From assembly GCF_009914755.1 (NCBI RefSeq), contig NC_060940.1: 64,000 nucleotides of DNA. One strand, written 5' to 3'. This stretch comes from the human T2T-CHM13v2.0 reference genome, Homo sapiens. Position numbers and translations under genes: made by a program. The notes under the pieces are model-generated. The model was not told where the DNA came from and searched no databases. It worked only from the letters and a program-made list of their open reading frames with translations. Positions 26,540 through 40,034 of this stretch are shown in pieces. How positions within the stretch are numbered: the stretch's first letter is position 1; each line of letters starts with the position of its first letter.

Positions 26540-28100
26540 GGCTGGGCTCCGGAGAAGCCGGTATTTACCCACAATCTCTGTTTTGGAAGTAATTAATCTT
26601 CGAATGTAGGAGCCCCTTTGTGGTGGAAAGCGCACGCTGACACTTTTGTGTAAACACCCAGCTTAGCATATTGACAAACTGGTGGCTGTTACTTTGATCC
26701 CGGGCTGCCGGCTCTGAAAAGGCAAGCCAGCTCCGGGCTGCCCCACCGGGCACAAAGGCAGCTCTAATCCCCTCTACACTCCTCTGCGACCCATATTTAG
26801 AATTCGGAGTCTTTATTTTCTATATCCACTTAAGCTCTGCTTGGAGTTTGTTTAGTAACCTTCTTCCTTCTTCATGCTCGCTGGTGACTCAGAAGTTCGT
26901 TTTCTTAGCAAGGCATGCAGCAAAATGCCAAAGTAGCAGATGACCCGAATGAAAACCCTTAAACTCACATAGATTTAATCACTGCAGCAAATTGGAACCA
27001 TTTGTGGTCAGGTTTTGATGGCGATCTATAAAGATTTCTCCCATTCTCCCCTCTGCTTTCTTTTTAAGTGGCTTAGTTAAGGTTAGTGAGAAAAGGAGGC
27101 ATTGATGCCAAGGTCCGTGGGGTGGGGAAAAGGGACACTTACATTGTTTGTCATCAGCTCTCAGGACATCTGTAGCCACCTGAGTGTCTTCCAACAGCAT
27201 GGGGCAAATTTTTAGGGTAGCCAGCAACTCTCTCACGCATCACAGTAGCCAGTACTGTGCAATCCAGAAAACAGGGAGGTTTCATTGCTGGGAGTTTCTG
27301 CCGAAGGCTTGGGGCCCTCTTAAGAAAATATTGTGTTTTGTGACTTTTGTCGCCTCCAGTTACCCTAATAAGGCAAGGGAAAGGTCGGTGTATTTTTTTT
27401 TCAGGAACAAAGAAGAAATCGAACCCGATCTGTTATGATTTCTCCTTAAGCAAACCAAACAGAGAGAGCTTTAATGAAGACGCCGATCCGGGACTGAGGC
27501 TGACCCAGGCAGCGCCATGAGAGTGTCAGATCTGTTTCTGATAAAATCGACATTGAGGTTTTGAAGAATGAATCAGAAAGGAAGTTCAATTCTATTTCAC
27601 GACTGGGCTGAACTAAATAGAAGGGGAGACTCATCTGTAATTAAAGGGAAGCTTTTCTTAAAATTTTTTTCTCTGCAACATTTTTAGAAATTTCTAGAAT
27701 TTGGATTGCTCTCAACAATCAGTTTTCAGGGTTCTGTTTGATTTCTTGAGAGCAGATGGGAAAGCAAATTTGCAAAGACTTCAGCAACAAATTTCACTGA
27801 ACAAATGATGGAAAAAGTTACCCAATAAGGTCCTTTCCCCAACCTCCTTTTTTTTTCTCCCCATCTCTAGTTTCTACTATTACAGTTGGAGAGAAAATTC
27901 AGGCTGAAAGAAATTTGATATTTATTTTCTGTGAACTTTAATAAAGAAAGTGGTGGGTGCAGGACTTTTTTTTTAAGGCCCTTTGGACAAGTCAATTTTT
28001 AATTTTTTTAAATAGCACCTTTTGGCATAAAGCTGCCGGTGTGTGATTTATGGAACTGTGAAGGGGTTGTGCTGAGAGCTGTTCCCGGCAGGTTGGTGAG
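26540..28100. promoter_or_regulatory. Candidate developmental enhancer block (repeat-free, motif-dense)
   Basis: No repeat recognised; FOX 26562 and 26650, TAATTAAT 26590, TCF/SOX 26615, 26692 and 26752, TAATCC 26765, PBX-HOX TGATTTATGG 28044-28053. Confidence 0.45.
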
Positions 28101-28924
28101 AGACTTTGAAGAGGCTTTTGACTCTGGGAACCCACTCTTCATGGGACCCGTGTTCACCCAGGCAGGCCTTTTAAAATGTTTAGTGCTCGAGCCTTCGCTT
28201 GAAGTCCATGTTTGTTTGGGTTTGTGGAATCCCTTTCCTTTCTTCAACATTCTCAGATGTCCTCGGTTTAGGCCCAGTGATCAGCCATAATCCACTCCAG
28301 CCCTGCCTAGGAATAGTCCACTTTGTTCATAAGCACATAACATAACTTCAGCCCCCAGGGACTCTGTCGTGAAATGGAATCCCAGACTCTCCAAGATGTC
28401 TTGGGAGATAAGCGCAGCCTTAATCCCAGGGTCACCCCGGCCCTGAGTGAGCAGGAGTTCACCTATACATCACGACATCGTTATCAGCCGGGGACCCAAG
28501 CAGCCACAACCTGCCACATTTTCCACAGGGTTTGGCGGTGTTAAGAAAATACCCTCTAGCCTGGTGTTATTTTAGGCTGAAACAAAAGTCGACATGAATG
28601 GCTGGGCGGAACAGAGGGGGCATTGTTCTCCCTGTGGCCGGGTGCTCAGAACTGGCCTGAAACTGGAATCCAACAAACGGAGAAGTAAATGCCATCACGT
28701 ACAAATGAGCTCTCGAGTGTCCAAGGGATCAATTGAGCACAGAGGGCGGCCGGGCCAAGGATTTTGCCAGGCCCCGGGTCATGGGAAGTTTGGTTTCCAG
28801 AGGACAGACGGAAAGTGCCACCTGATTTGCAGTGGTATTACAACTGACTTCTAGGGGGAGCCACCTGCTTGTGAGAAACAGGAGAACCAAATATCAGGGG
28901 CTGGCTTTGGGGGGCACTGGCTGG

Positions 28925-29125
28925 GGCATGCCAGGCACTCTTGTAAGCCCCTCAAACAGATTGTCCCATTCAATCTTCCCAGACACCCTACGAGGCGGGT
29001 ACTATCGTATGTCCCTTTTACAGATGAGAAAACTGAGGCAGAAGGTGGTAGACTTTCCCAAGGCCACATGACTGCAGTTGGAGGACCCACGATTTAAAGC
29101 CGGGCAATCTGGTTCTATAACCCAC
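28925..29125 (-). mobile_element. MIR SINE
   Basis: TTTTACAGATGAGAAAACTGAGGCAGA...CCCAAGGCCACA. Confidence 0.85.
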
Positions 29126-29199
29126 ACCCCTTTGATCTGTGCCTGATCACCTTATTCTCCTTTTCCTTCTCCCTGTGTTTCTTATTCTTGGCACCTGGG

Positions 29200-29590
29200 T
29201 GATATGGCGGGTGCTGTCAGTACCCTGCACAGAAGACCTCAGCCCTTACTGTGTCAGTGTGAACTGGTGGCCCAACTTTCATCTGCCAGTATCTGCATGC
29301 TTTTGCTTGAAGGCTTTTTTTTTTTTTTTTTTTTGCCATGGGAGTCTGCTCTGCCCATTTTTGCAACAGACCAGAAGTGCCAGGAAATGAACACCCTAGA
29401 AGTGCCGGGAAATTCACAATCAATGACAGTTGGTGTTTCAATACCACCATTTCCTTGTCTATCTGGTGGGAAAAATCTGAGGTGGGTGTTCCACGATGGT
29501 CCCCAGAGTTCTCTCCTGTGGTTGAGCCCACAGTGGTGACGTCCTTGAAAATGCATGTTTTAGTGGCCCCCTTTTCTTCCTGGCCTCACA
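29200..29590 (+). mobile_element. LTR16-family (ERVL) solo LTR
   Basis: CTGCCAGTATCTGCATGC...GAAGTGCCGGGAAATT...CAATGACAGTTGG...CCCAGAGTTC...GCCCACAGTGGTGAC. Confidence 0.7.
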
Positions 29591-29638
29591 TCCTTACCCA
29601 CCAGCAGTCATCCTGGTATTCCCGGATTCCCTTCTTAA

Positions 29639-29939
<301 letters not shown>

Positions 29940-30227
29940 ACCTTCATTTAAATCCTCATCTCTAAAACAGCTTCTGGAGGAACACAAGACAAGCCTGAGG
30001 ATCGTACCTCTGTGTGATTATTTGATTAATATCTGTCACCATTATAAACCTACGAGTTTAACATTGTATTCCTGGGGACCAGCTGAATGCCTGGCTCATA
30101 GTAGGTGCCAAGTAAATACCTATTAAATGAAAGGATTTTGAAGTACAAAGTCTCTTTCTATCAAACAGAAGTTTATATTTTGATAGTTCTCTTATGACAT
30201 TATCTTACATTTAAAGAATATTTATGT

Positions 30228-30535
<308 letters not shown>

Positions 30536-30682
30536 AAAGTAGTTTTATTTGAAGTAGTTTCATTCTTTATGGAGGAGCTACTTTGTGGGAGATTGGAGAC
30601 CCCTTCCTATTCCTCTTCTGTCTCGCCTAGAGTTAGGGTGAACCAGCTTCTCCATTAGGGTCAGATTAAGACCTTTGGAGGT

Positions 30683-31085
30683 TGTTTCAGAGACTGGCCA
30701 GCTTTTACCAAATCTTTGTCCTCTTCCTAGACCATATTTCCCAGTTTCCTTTGTAATTAGCTGTGCCACGTGACTGAGTTTTAGCCATTGTAATTTGAGC
30801 AGATATATACCACTTCCAGCCCAGCCCACAAACATCCCCCACTGGCAGTCTTCTGTGCTTCCCCCTTCTCCACAGAAGGGGCTAAGGCCAATGAATGGCC
30901 CACATTAAATACAGCAGAGAACACCATACAAAAACTCTAGGTCCTGGAGTCACTGCTTGGAAGAGAGCTGCACATTAACCAGTAACAGTCATTTTGGACT
31001 TTACTAGTAGGAAATTTTCTATTGTATTTGAACGCTCACACATTTTGGGACTTGTTTGTTACAGCAGCTGATATGATCCTAATAC
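30683..31085 (+). mobile_element. MLT1J/I-like MaLR solo LTR
   Basis: ATTTCCCAG...GCCACGTGACTGAGTTTTAGCCA...GTCACTGCTTGGAAGAGAGCTGC...TTGTTTGTTACAGCAGC. Confidence 0.7.
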
Positions 31086-31393
31086 TGAAGCTCTAAGTAC
31101 TAACAAGAGTTAATGTTCTTTGCTTCTTCCCTGCTGTGTATAAAATAAGTATTAAATGTGTCCCACACAATTCCAATTTCCCTATGATAGCTACTCTCAT
31201 TAAAAAACAAATCAATTAGCAAAGTCTTAATTATTTTCAGTACCAGTAGTGTCTTGCTTTACTGGCACCATAAGTAAATACTTATTTGGCCTCCTAGATA
31301 ATCCCACAAGCTATTTTTCTGGAAGAGACTTGTCTAATAGGCTGGTCCACAGACACCTGCTCCATCCAATAACCTTGGGTTGAGCAAATGGAA

Positions 31394-31480
31394 TTCAAGG
31401 GCACTGCTGTTTTCTACAGAGGTTCAAGGGCATTGCTGTTTTCTATAGGGGTTCAAGGGCATTGCTGTCTTCTACAGAGG
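31394..31480. repeat. 29-bp minisatellite, 3 copies
   Basis: TTCAAGGGCA(C/T)TGCTGT(T/C)TTCTA(C/T)AG(A/G)GG at 31394, 31423 and 31452. Confidence 0.93.
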
Positions 31481-31954
31481 TTTAGGCAGCTGTCCCCACC
31501 CTCCTATGGGCTCCAGGACCAAAGAAGGTGGGTCTGAGGATTAAGGGCAGAGACGCGCTGATCCCTCAGACTTGTCTTTCGGTTTCCAGGCTTTGGAAAT
31601 GTTCTCCTAAGCTTCCATAGAACCCAGAGGGAAACACAGCCATGCATCCACCAGAAGGCTCTGTGGGCACTCTCCTCACCAGTTGCTACCTTTCTTGAGA
31701 GGAGCTGGGTGTGTTGGGAAGCTGGTGATTCTGGAACCAGGTGGAGATTAGTGTTTGACTCTTTGATCTGTCTTCTCCTTGTCATTATCCCCATTTTACA
31801 GATGATAGTTGGGGACAGATTTCTGGACCTACACCTTGACCCCAAATCAAGCCATACTTACATGGTGAGATGTGGCCCATTCTGAGGCAATGGTCTGGGC
31901 AGAGAGTGCTATAAGGTGCTTAACAAGCGTGGGCCTTCCCAGGCTTGCAGAATG

Positions 31955-32115
31955 GCTCTGCCTCCATGGGCAAGTTACTCAGCCTCTCTGTGCCAGTGTC
32001 TTCGTGTGTGAAATGGGATTATGAATAGTATCTATGTCAGGGGCCATTGTGAGGCTGAAATGAAGTGATGCCTGTGCATTTATGACAGTTCCTGCACATA
32101 GTATGCTCCTATACT
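31955..32115 (+). mobile_element. MIR SINE
   Basis: GGGCAAGTTACTCAGCCTCTCTGTGCC...TGAAATGGGATTATG. Confidence 0.8.
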
Positions 32116-32779
32116 TCTTATTGGAAGTCTATGGGGATTAGCAGACCCCATCCTTGTGGTCAACAGCCTTATAGCTTCTCCACAGAAGGAGCAGGTAACA
32201 GTGGTCTGAAGATATGTTTTCGGCCTGGCCTGTGAAGAGAATGGTCACTGGAGTGTTACATCTGGAGCCTTTGCAGTCTCAGGAGACCACAGAGCAGCAC
32301 TTCCTTGACCTACTGGGTAGACACTTGATGCTCTGTCTGAGGGCTGAGCCTCCATCACAGGAAGGCGTGGGTCTTTCATTGGACCCTCCTTCCAAAGGCA
32401 CAGTGACTGCTGAACAAGAGAGAGGAGCCCTTTGCTGGTTGTTGGGCTTAAAGAGGCTGTTTCTAGGAGGAGGACTGGGGAAGAACCCAGGAGATTCTGG
32501 TCTGAGTTGATCACCCATGCCAGAGGAAACGTAGCATTCCTCACGGTCAAGGACTTGGCCTTTAGCCACACATACCTGACTATGCCTTCCACACATCCAC
32601 ATAAGCAAGTCTTTAACTGTCTCTTCTCCAGCTTCTTAGCTGTAAAACGGGACTGTTGATAGTACTTCCCTGATAGGACGGACGGCTGTGAGGACTGTGT
32701 GGGATGATGACGTCCATATAGACACTTTGCATCATGGAAGCAGTCAATGTATCCCTGAATACATTTTTTCCCCAAGTGT

Positions 32780-33200
32780 AAAATTGGCATAAGACTTAAA
32801 GGATTCTAGCAGTATAAAAGGTTATGCAGCGAAGAGTAACTCTTTCCTACTCTTGACCCCTTAGTCACAGAGGGTGTCTACAGAGAAGACACTTGTTGTC
32901 AATGTCTTGTGTAAAATGCCAAAGATGGTTTCCATATACCAACATGGAAATGAGATATATATATATATAGCCATTTTTGATCTACAAAAATGGGAGTTTC
33001 ATATGGTTCAATCCAAGTGGTGTGTGTGTATAAACAACGGTAGCCTGCTGTATACACTGTTCACATCTTGTTTATTTTTTAACGTAATAATATCTTTTAG
33101 AGAACATTCCATGCCACTTCTTACAGACATTTCTCATTCTTTTCAACAGTCGTGAAGTCTTCCAGCATGAAGGCATACCTTCCTTTATTTAACTCTTGGT
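32780..33200 (-). mobile_element. L1ME-like fragment
   Basis: Antisense old L1 3' motifs (TATACACTGTTCACATCTTG...TCTCATTCTTTT). Confidence 0.5.
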
Positions 33201-33954
33201 GAATAGTACCTGGGTTTTTTTGTGTGTGACATTTTTGGAGGAGGAAAGGAAAGTCGTGCATTCAGGCATTCACCATCCCCTAGACCCCAGGCCAGCCCCC
33301 AGCCTCCAGCACCTGTTATTTCTTCTCCGTTCAGTAATTCCCTGGAGTGCACATTTTTCTCATCGCAACTGCACTAGACCCAAGTTTTGGGTTCCTGCTC
33401 TGTGCCTAAGCATGCCTTAGATCTCTTCATAACTCAGCTTGTAAGTTGAGGCCTCTTAATTTGGCCCACAGGACTCTTTAACGCCCTTTAAACCCCGTTA
33501 AACCCATGTAATGAGTTTCCCCTTGCTGTGCTCCTGGCCGTGAAAGCTGAGAGCCGGGACTCAGGCCTCCCACCTGTTCCAGAGATTAGGCTGCGCTGCA
33601 GAGGCTGTGGGGCCGGAGGGAAGGGACAGGGGTCGGCCATGAAGCGGGACTCCTGGTTGCAGTGGGTGTGTGTGTGCCCCGAGGCCATGGGCAGGCATTC
33701 ACCGGAGGTGTCAGAGCATTAACCTGTGGTGGCTGGGGACAGTTTCAGCACCCAGTGTTCCCATGGTGTGGGGGCCACTTTGCGTGGACCAAGGGAGTGG
33801 GGCCAGAGCTGTCAGGGGTCTGCTGGGATGAGAGGCAGATGCTCGAGGTGGCTTCCTCTCTCTAGAGAATCTGGAGGCACAGAGACGGGTGTGCAATGAG
33901 TCTTCCTAAAATGCTGTCCTCAGCATGTCAGCACTGTTCTAGAATCTTCTTTCT

Positions 33955-34600
33955 ATGGCTATGAGGGATGTCTGCTGGTTTACACGCATGGGGTCCTGCC
34001 TACTCCTTTCACTCTCACACACACAGTCTGCGTGAGTAGGGAGGGCTGACTCTATAGTTCCCACGTCCAGCTCTGTGCATGTGACCCAGGAGTAGCCAAT
34101 CAGAGTATTCAAGACTGCTGCCCATCATGATTGGTTCAGGGGTAGTCCCTGCCCAGCCTGTGATTGGTTAAGGGGTGGGCCCATGACCCAGGTCTGGCAA
34201 ATCAGAATATTTAATCCATTGGCCACAGTCACTGTTTTAGAGATAGATGCATAGTTCAATGGTGGTTCGAAGAGATTCAATCCCAGAATGCTCTGTGGGA
34301 ATAATTAGGAAAGAGATACACTCTTTCCATGGAGGTAACTGGAGGTGAGAATGCCAGCTTAAAGGTTGGAGGCCAGCTTGTCAGCATGAGAGAAAGCCTG
34401 CTTGACATGGCTTAGACAGAGGAGAACAGGGGCTAGAGAGAGAAAGGGCAAGATTGAGGCTGCTGGTATCCTTGAGCATCTGGATCCACCCATACCTGAA
34501 GATGTATATTTACATGAACACATACACCTCTCTTTTTCACTTAAATCAGCTTGAACTGAGTTTGTGGATTTCTTTTAACTCAGAGTTCTAACTAAAACAC
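33955..34600 (+). mobile_element. MLT1K-like MaLR solo LTR
   Basis: Repeated CATGTGACCCAGG...CCAATCAGAG / GATTGGTTCAGGGG units; 3' GCATCTGGATCCA...CTTAAATCAGCTTGAACTGAGTTT...CTAACTAAAACA. Confidence 0.7.
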
Positions 34601-35719
34601 CTCACCCACTACAGATACCACACTCTGCAATACGACTTTCAGAGTGACCTCAGCCTACCTCTCCTTCCTTTCCTCTCTGGGCAACCTTCCTTCACACAGC
34701 CCTAGAATTTGCCTTTGACACAACTTACTTTCAGTTCATTGCTCAGTCCTTTCTCGCTGCATTGTAAGTCATTTCCCACTCCTTCTCAACAAGTCGTTGC
34801 CAGCTAACATTTGGCTCCTAAAGCTCTCAGTCTGGGGAGAGCACAATTTTCTTCTTAACACACAAGAGTTTGTCATCCAGTTGCGGGTAGTTTTGCACAA
34901 AATGCATGCTCAATAAAGAACAAATGAAGTAATTGAATGAATGAGGAAGTGGGTCAAAGAGAGAGGAGGTGGGCTCATATTAATAATGTTTATATCCATC
35001 CAAGACAGACTTAGTTTCCAAATGAGAGGGACAGACAATCCAGGCTTCTGGGAGGGATCAGGAATACGAACGACAGGCACTAGGAAAGATTTGGAGGAAG
35101 CTGCCAGTCGAATGTCAAGCTAAAGCTTTTAGATGCTTCTTATAGGCAATGGACATCTGCTGAAGGTTTAGGAATGCGCGTGTAACATGCAAAGCTGTGT
35201 TTCAGAGATGCTAAGCAGACAATGGTAAGAGGGCTGAATTGGGCAGGAAAAGACCAGTGACAGTTGAACTAATGATGGGGGGATTTGAAATACATCCCCT
35301 GAAGTTTGATGGAAGCTTGGCGTATGGGGTGATAGAGATAGATCATGGGTGGCTTCCTAGGTTCCACTCTTGAAAAGTCTTCTTTAGTAGGTCTGAAGTT
35401 GGACATGATAATCCCCATTTCTAAAAGAGCTCACAGAGGATTCCAGTGCACACTTGTGTCCTAGGGTTTGGGTTCATGGGTACCACAAGGGTGATGGGAG
35501 AAAGAGAGACATAGAAGAGAGTCACTGGTTTGGAGGGAAAATAGCAAGCCTCCTATTTTAAAAAAAAATTTAAAGAAATGGCAGCATTTTGGGAATTGGT
35601 AGGATGTTCATGTGTAGGTCCCCAGCACATCCATGAAGAAAGACAAATAGCTAGAAGTCAGCAATTCTGGAAACCAGATCAGGAGGCTGTTCTTGTAGAG
35701 CTGATGGACTCATCAGAAA

Positions 35720-35986
35720 TAGTTGCCAATAGTTTAAAATAGGAAAATATCATAAAACATTGGATTTCTGAATTTAATGGAAAAGTTAGCAGATCTGCCC
35801 TGTTGGAGCCACCTTCCCACGTGGTGTCCCTAGGTCAAAGCTGAAATGTGGCTGCCCTTCTTAGCAAGAGCCTGTGCTCTTAGCTTGTCACAGTTTCCAT
35901 CATTCCCTAATACCTCACATCCAACCCATGCGGTTCATTGACATTACCTGCCTGGCATCTGTTGGCATTTATAATAGTGACCCTCA
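35720..35986. mobile_element. MER102-like hAT-Charlie element
   Basis: CAGATCTGCCCTGTTGGAGCC...GTGGCTGCCC...GTTCATTGACATTACCTGCCTGGC...GACCCT. Confidence 0.6.
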
Positions 35987-36163
35987 GTGTCCTCACATGT
36001 GGGGATAAGCATGTGAGTGAGAAGGCAGCAAGGGACCTAAAATGTGACCCTAAGAGGTTGAGTAAAATAGAGTCTTGGATGCCCTGGAAAAATAAAGGCA
36101 GAAGTTAACAGTGTCAAGGGAACAGCTCTGATCATGAGTAAATGATTACTTCACTGGTCCCAA

Positions 36164-36590
<427 letters not shown>

Positions 36591-36874
36591 GAGACAGGGT
36601 CTCACTCTGTCACCCAAGCTGGAGTGCAGTGGTGTGATCTCGGCTCACTGCAACCTCTGCCTCCCGGGTTCAAGTGATTCTCAGATTCTTGTGCCTCCCG
36701 AGTAGCTGGGATTACAGGTGTGCACCACTGAACCCAGCTAATATTTGTATTTTTAGTAGAGACAGAGTTTTGCCATGTTGGCAAGGCTGGTTTTGAACTC
36801 CCAACCTCAGGTGATCGGCCTGCCTAGGCCTCCCAAAGTGCTGAGATTACAGGCATTCGCCACCGTGCCCAGCC
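36591..36874 (-). mobile_element. AluSx-like whose tail is the GAA tract
   Basis: Reverse Alu; CAATTTCTT at 36161-36169 and 36876-36884 brackets Alu plus repeat as TSD. Confidence 0.92.
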
Positions 36875-37029
36875 TCAATTTCTTATTTATAAAAAAAGGC
36901 TTAATAATATCTGTTAAAAGAGCTGATAGGTGCTTCAGATGTCTTAATGCTTGTGAGACTCACTTATAGCTTAGAAAGGGCTACAGAGCAGTAAGCTATT
37001 GCTGTGAGAGGTGGGGGGGTACCCCAAGG

Positions 37030-37180
37030 AAGGATGGGTTTGCATCCCACTTCTGCAACTGACTAGCTGTGTGACATTGAACTAGATAGTTGATCTCCCT
37101 CAGACTAAACGTCCTCCACTGTAAACTGGGACAATGATAGCCACACATCAGGGCTGTTGGTAAGATAAAATAAGACACAG
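37030..37180 (+). mobile_element. MIR SINE
   Basis: GACTAGCTGTGTGACATTG...CTGTAAACTGGGACAATGATAG...GGGCTGTTGG. Confidence 0.75.
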
Positions 37181-37266
37181 CAGAATTTCATCTCTGGATG
37201 GGTGTTAGGTTCTGAGAGCCAGCACAAAAGCCAAAAATTGTGTATATTTAAAATTATCGTTGCAAA

Positions 37267-37582
37267 TTCTTATTCTTATTCTTATTCTTATTTTTTTTTT
37301 TGAGACGGAGTCTCGCTCTGTCCCCCAGGCTGGGTGCAGTGGCGTGATCTCGGCTTACTGCAAGCTCCACCTCCTGGGTTCACGCCATTCTCCTGCCTCA
37401 GCCTCCTGAGTAGCTGGGACTACAGGTGCCTGCCACCACGCCCGGCTAATTTTTTTGTGTTTTTAGTAAAGACGGGGTTTCTCCATGTTAGCCAGGATGG
37501 TCTCGATCTCCTTACCTTCGGATCCACCTGCCTTGGCCTCCCAAAGTGCTGGGATTACAGGCATGAGCCACTGTGCCTGGCC
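37267..37582 (-). mobile_element. AluY with (TTCTTA)n tail
   Basis: CAAGCTCCACCTCCTGGGTTCACGCCATTC; TTAGCCAGGATGGTCTCGATCTCC; GCAAATT flanks. Confidence 0.92.
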
Positions 37583-38014
37583 GCAAATTATTAAAAATAG
37601 TCTTGAGCAGTCAATTTTGAGGATAGACATAAAATATGTACAATGATGGACACTGTATAAATAGTGTAGATACCAAATACACTTATACAGAATGCCAAGT
37701 ATTTTAAAGTAAAATTATTCGGCTAAGCTCACATTGAAGATTCATGTATACTTACTAATGGCTTCCCTATATAGGTGAGCAACACTTGAAAACTTCCCGC
37801 AGGACTTGGGCTCATGACTGAATACTCTGTATGTTCTCACTAGGTGACGGTTTTAGGAGGTTATTAGGAGCCTTCGTAGTTGCAAACAAAATCTTTGAAA
37901 GCAACTGTTAGGGTTGCATAATGCTTTGTAATAGCTTTGATAGTCAAGAATAGTTGACTTAATTAATGATGTTTTATTTTAGAGAATATCATTTTAAATG
38001 CATGAAGTACAGTT

Positions 38015-38230
38015 AAATGAAGTGCTTACCATATACCAGATACTTTTCTAAGTGCTTTCATTGTGTTACTTCACATAATCTTTGCAATGACTCTGTGAAG
38101 TAGGGGCTTTAATTATCCCCATGAAGGCATTGGGATATGCCATATTAAAGTAAGGTCACACAGCTAGACAAGAGCAGAGCCATACCTGAGCCATCACTGC
38201 TGGGTCCCAAATCCTGATTTTAGTCACGTA
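38015..38230 (-). mobile_element. MIR SINE
   Basis: GTGCTTACCATATACCAG...TCTAAGTGCTTT...AAGGTCACACAGCTAG. Confidence 0.7.
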
Positions 38231-39140
38231 CTGAATTGCAACTTGAAGCAGGTGTGGAGGGAATGGTTTAAATATGTGAAGTATTTGGAATGTATTAGAT
38301 GGAAAAAATGTGTGTTTAAATAGGTGAACATGATTGCTCCCTCCGTAGACCCTGGGTGTATCATCTGTTGCCAAGGGATAGGGAATGCCTTTGTTTACAC
38401 ATCAAAGCTCCTGCACATAGGAGGGCGTCCTTAGCATGGTGGAGAATTTGGTTACTTTCTCAATAAGAGCTAGTTTAGGGGCCCAAGGAAAAATCCCAGG
38501 AGGCTGGAGGTCTCCCTGGAGGTGCAGATGCTCCAGAAAGGACAGTGACCCTGAGTGCCAACTTTCTATTTGTGGCTACTCATTCTCAGGCCATGAACAT
38601 CGCTACCTTGGGGGGAAGGCGTCCCTGGGGTTGTGGGGCTTGGGAAAAGTACCAGGGAGACGCACAAAACCTCTCACTACAGACTGAAGCTGGTGCTTCA
38701 CCAAAAACAAGGAGAGCAAGAGAGCTGTTGGGTATGTCTTTGGGTCTGTGCATCAGGGGAGGGTAACGTGAGCACAGAGAGGCCTCCATGGAGCTAGGTT
38801 ACAGAGGGGCCCTGCGTGCTGGCTCACCACTGGGAAATATGGACATTTTTATAAGCAATGGATGGCTCTCAGATCCCTCCTGAAGATCACTGTTTATGCT
38901 GGAAACTTGGTTGTTGTAGCTGAGGTTGCCGAACCTCAAATGAACCACTCTTTTATGAAGTAAAGAGTTGCGTTGTCTTTCTTCTAACCCATGGTTCTCA
39001 GAGGTGAATTGTGCACTCTTCATCCCCCACGATCCCCAATGCATCCCCTTATCATATCACACATTGGGCTTTCTTATCTGAAAGTGCAAGAAGGCCCACG
39101 ATGCTGATATGACCCTGGAAAAGACAATCTAATTGAGACC

Positions 39141-39669
39141 AGTGGCAGTTTTTAAACCATGGTTCCCAGATTCTGTGACTCACCTCCCATCAAGAGATGG
39201 AGTCCCTTAAATCTGGTGAAGCTAGGGACTACTTCATCCAACAGGGGCTGCTGGAAGCTATACCATGTGACTTCTGTGGCGAGGACAGAAAAATGCTATG
39301 CAGCTTCCTCCTGGTCCTTGGGACTTTTCTTTTGGGGTAGCCAGACACGTGCAAGGAGTTTGACTACCCTGAAACCACCATGCTGGGGAGGACACATGCA
39401 GATGCTGGGATTGCTCAGATTGGTAGCCCAGCTGTGCTTCAACTATAAGCCATGTGGATGAGCTTTTTGGGAGGTTCAGCCCCCTCAAGCCCTCAGATGT
39501 GTGCAGCCCCAGCTGACAGTTGATTGCAGCCTCACAAAAGACCCCCAGTGAGAAGAACCTCCCAGCTGAGCCTTTTCCAAATTCTTGACCCACAAAGTTG
39601 TAAGCAAAATAAAATTGTTATTTTAAGCTGCTGTGTACAGTGTGTTGTGTAACAGTGGTAACTGGAACA
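39141..39669 (+). mobile_element. MLT1G/H-like MaLR solo LTR
   Basis: CCTCCCATCAAGAGATGGAGTC...GACTACCCTGAAACCACCATGCTG...CCCAGCTGAGCC...GACCCACAAA...AATAAAATTGTTATTTTAAGC...TAACTGGAACA. Confidence 0.8.
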
Positions 39670-40034
39670 GGACCAAAGCTTCATGAGAACCTTCTGGAAA
39701 TCTTGAGATGCAATATAGACAAGGGGAAAGAGCTCCAGGAACAGACAATACCAACATCTTCAGGTGTGCCTGACTTGGAAGGGCTAAGTGGACTGAAGTG
39801 CATGGAGGAGAGGAAGCTTTTATCTCATGCATCCTGAGTTAGCGGCCTTCCTCAGATTGCACTCAGGGCATCTCCCCAGAGAGAGCCTGAGGCTTCACCA
39901 ATCTCCTGGCTTACTGGCACACTCAGCACATCGGGCATAGTCTAGGGGTACAAGGGGAAGCCTGGCTCTCCTCCTCACCTAGCAGGCCTCATTAGGTGAT
40001 ATGTCCCTGGTTAGGCAGTATTGACCCATGGCTA

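Noticed and set aside
28846-28862. CTCF-like CTTCTAGGGGGAGC (similar weak matches near 962 and 23215)
   Set aside because: Mismatches at informative core positions; too weak to call without ChIP data.
31394-31480. 29-bp repeats resembling a CRISPR array in unit length
   Set aside because: The units are contiguous with no spacers, no cas genes are present and the DNA is human. It is a minisatellite.
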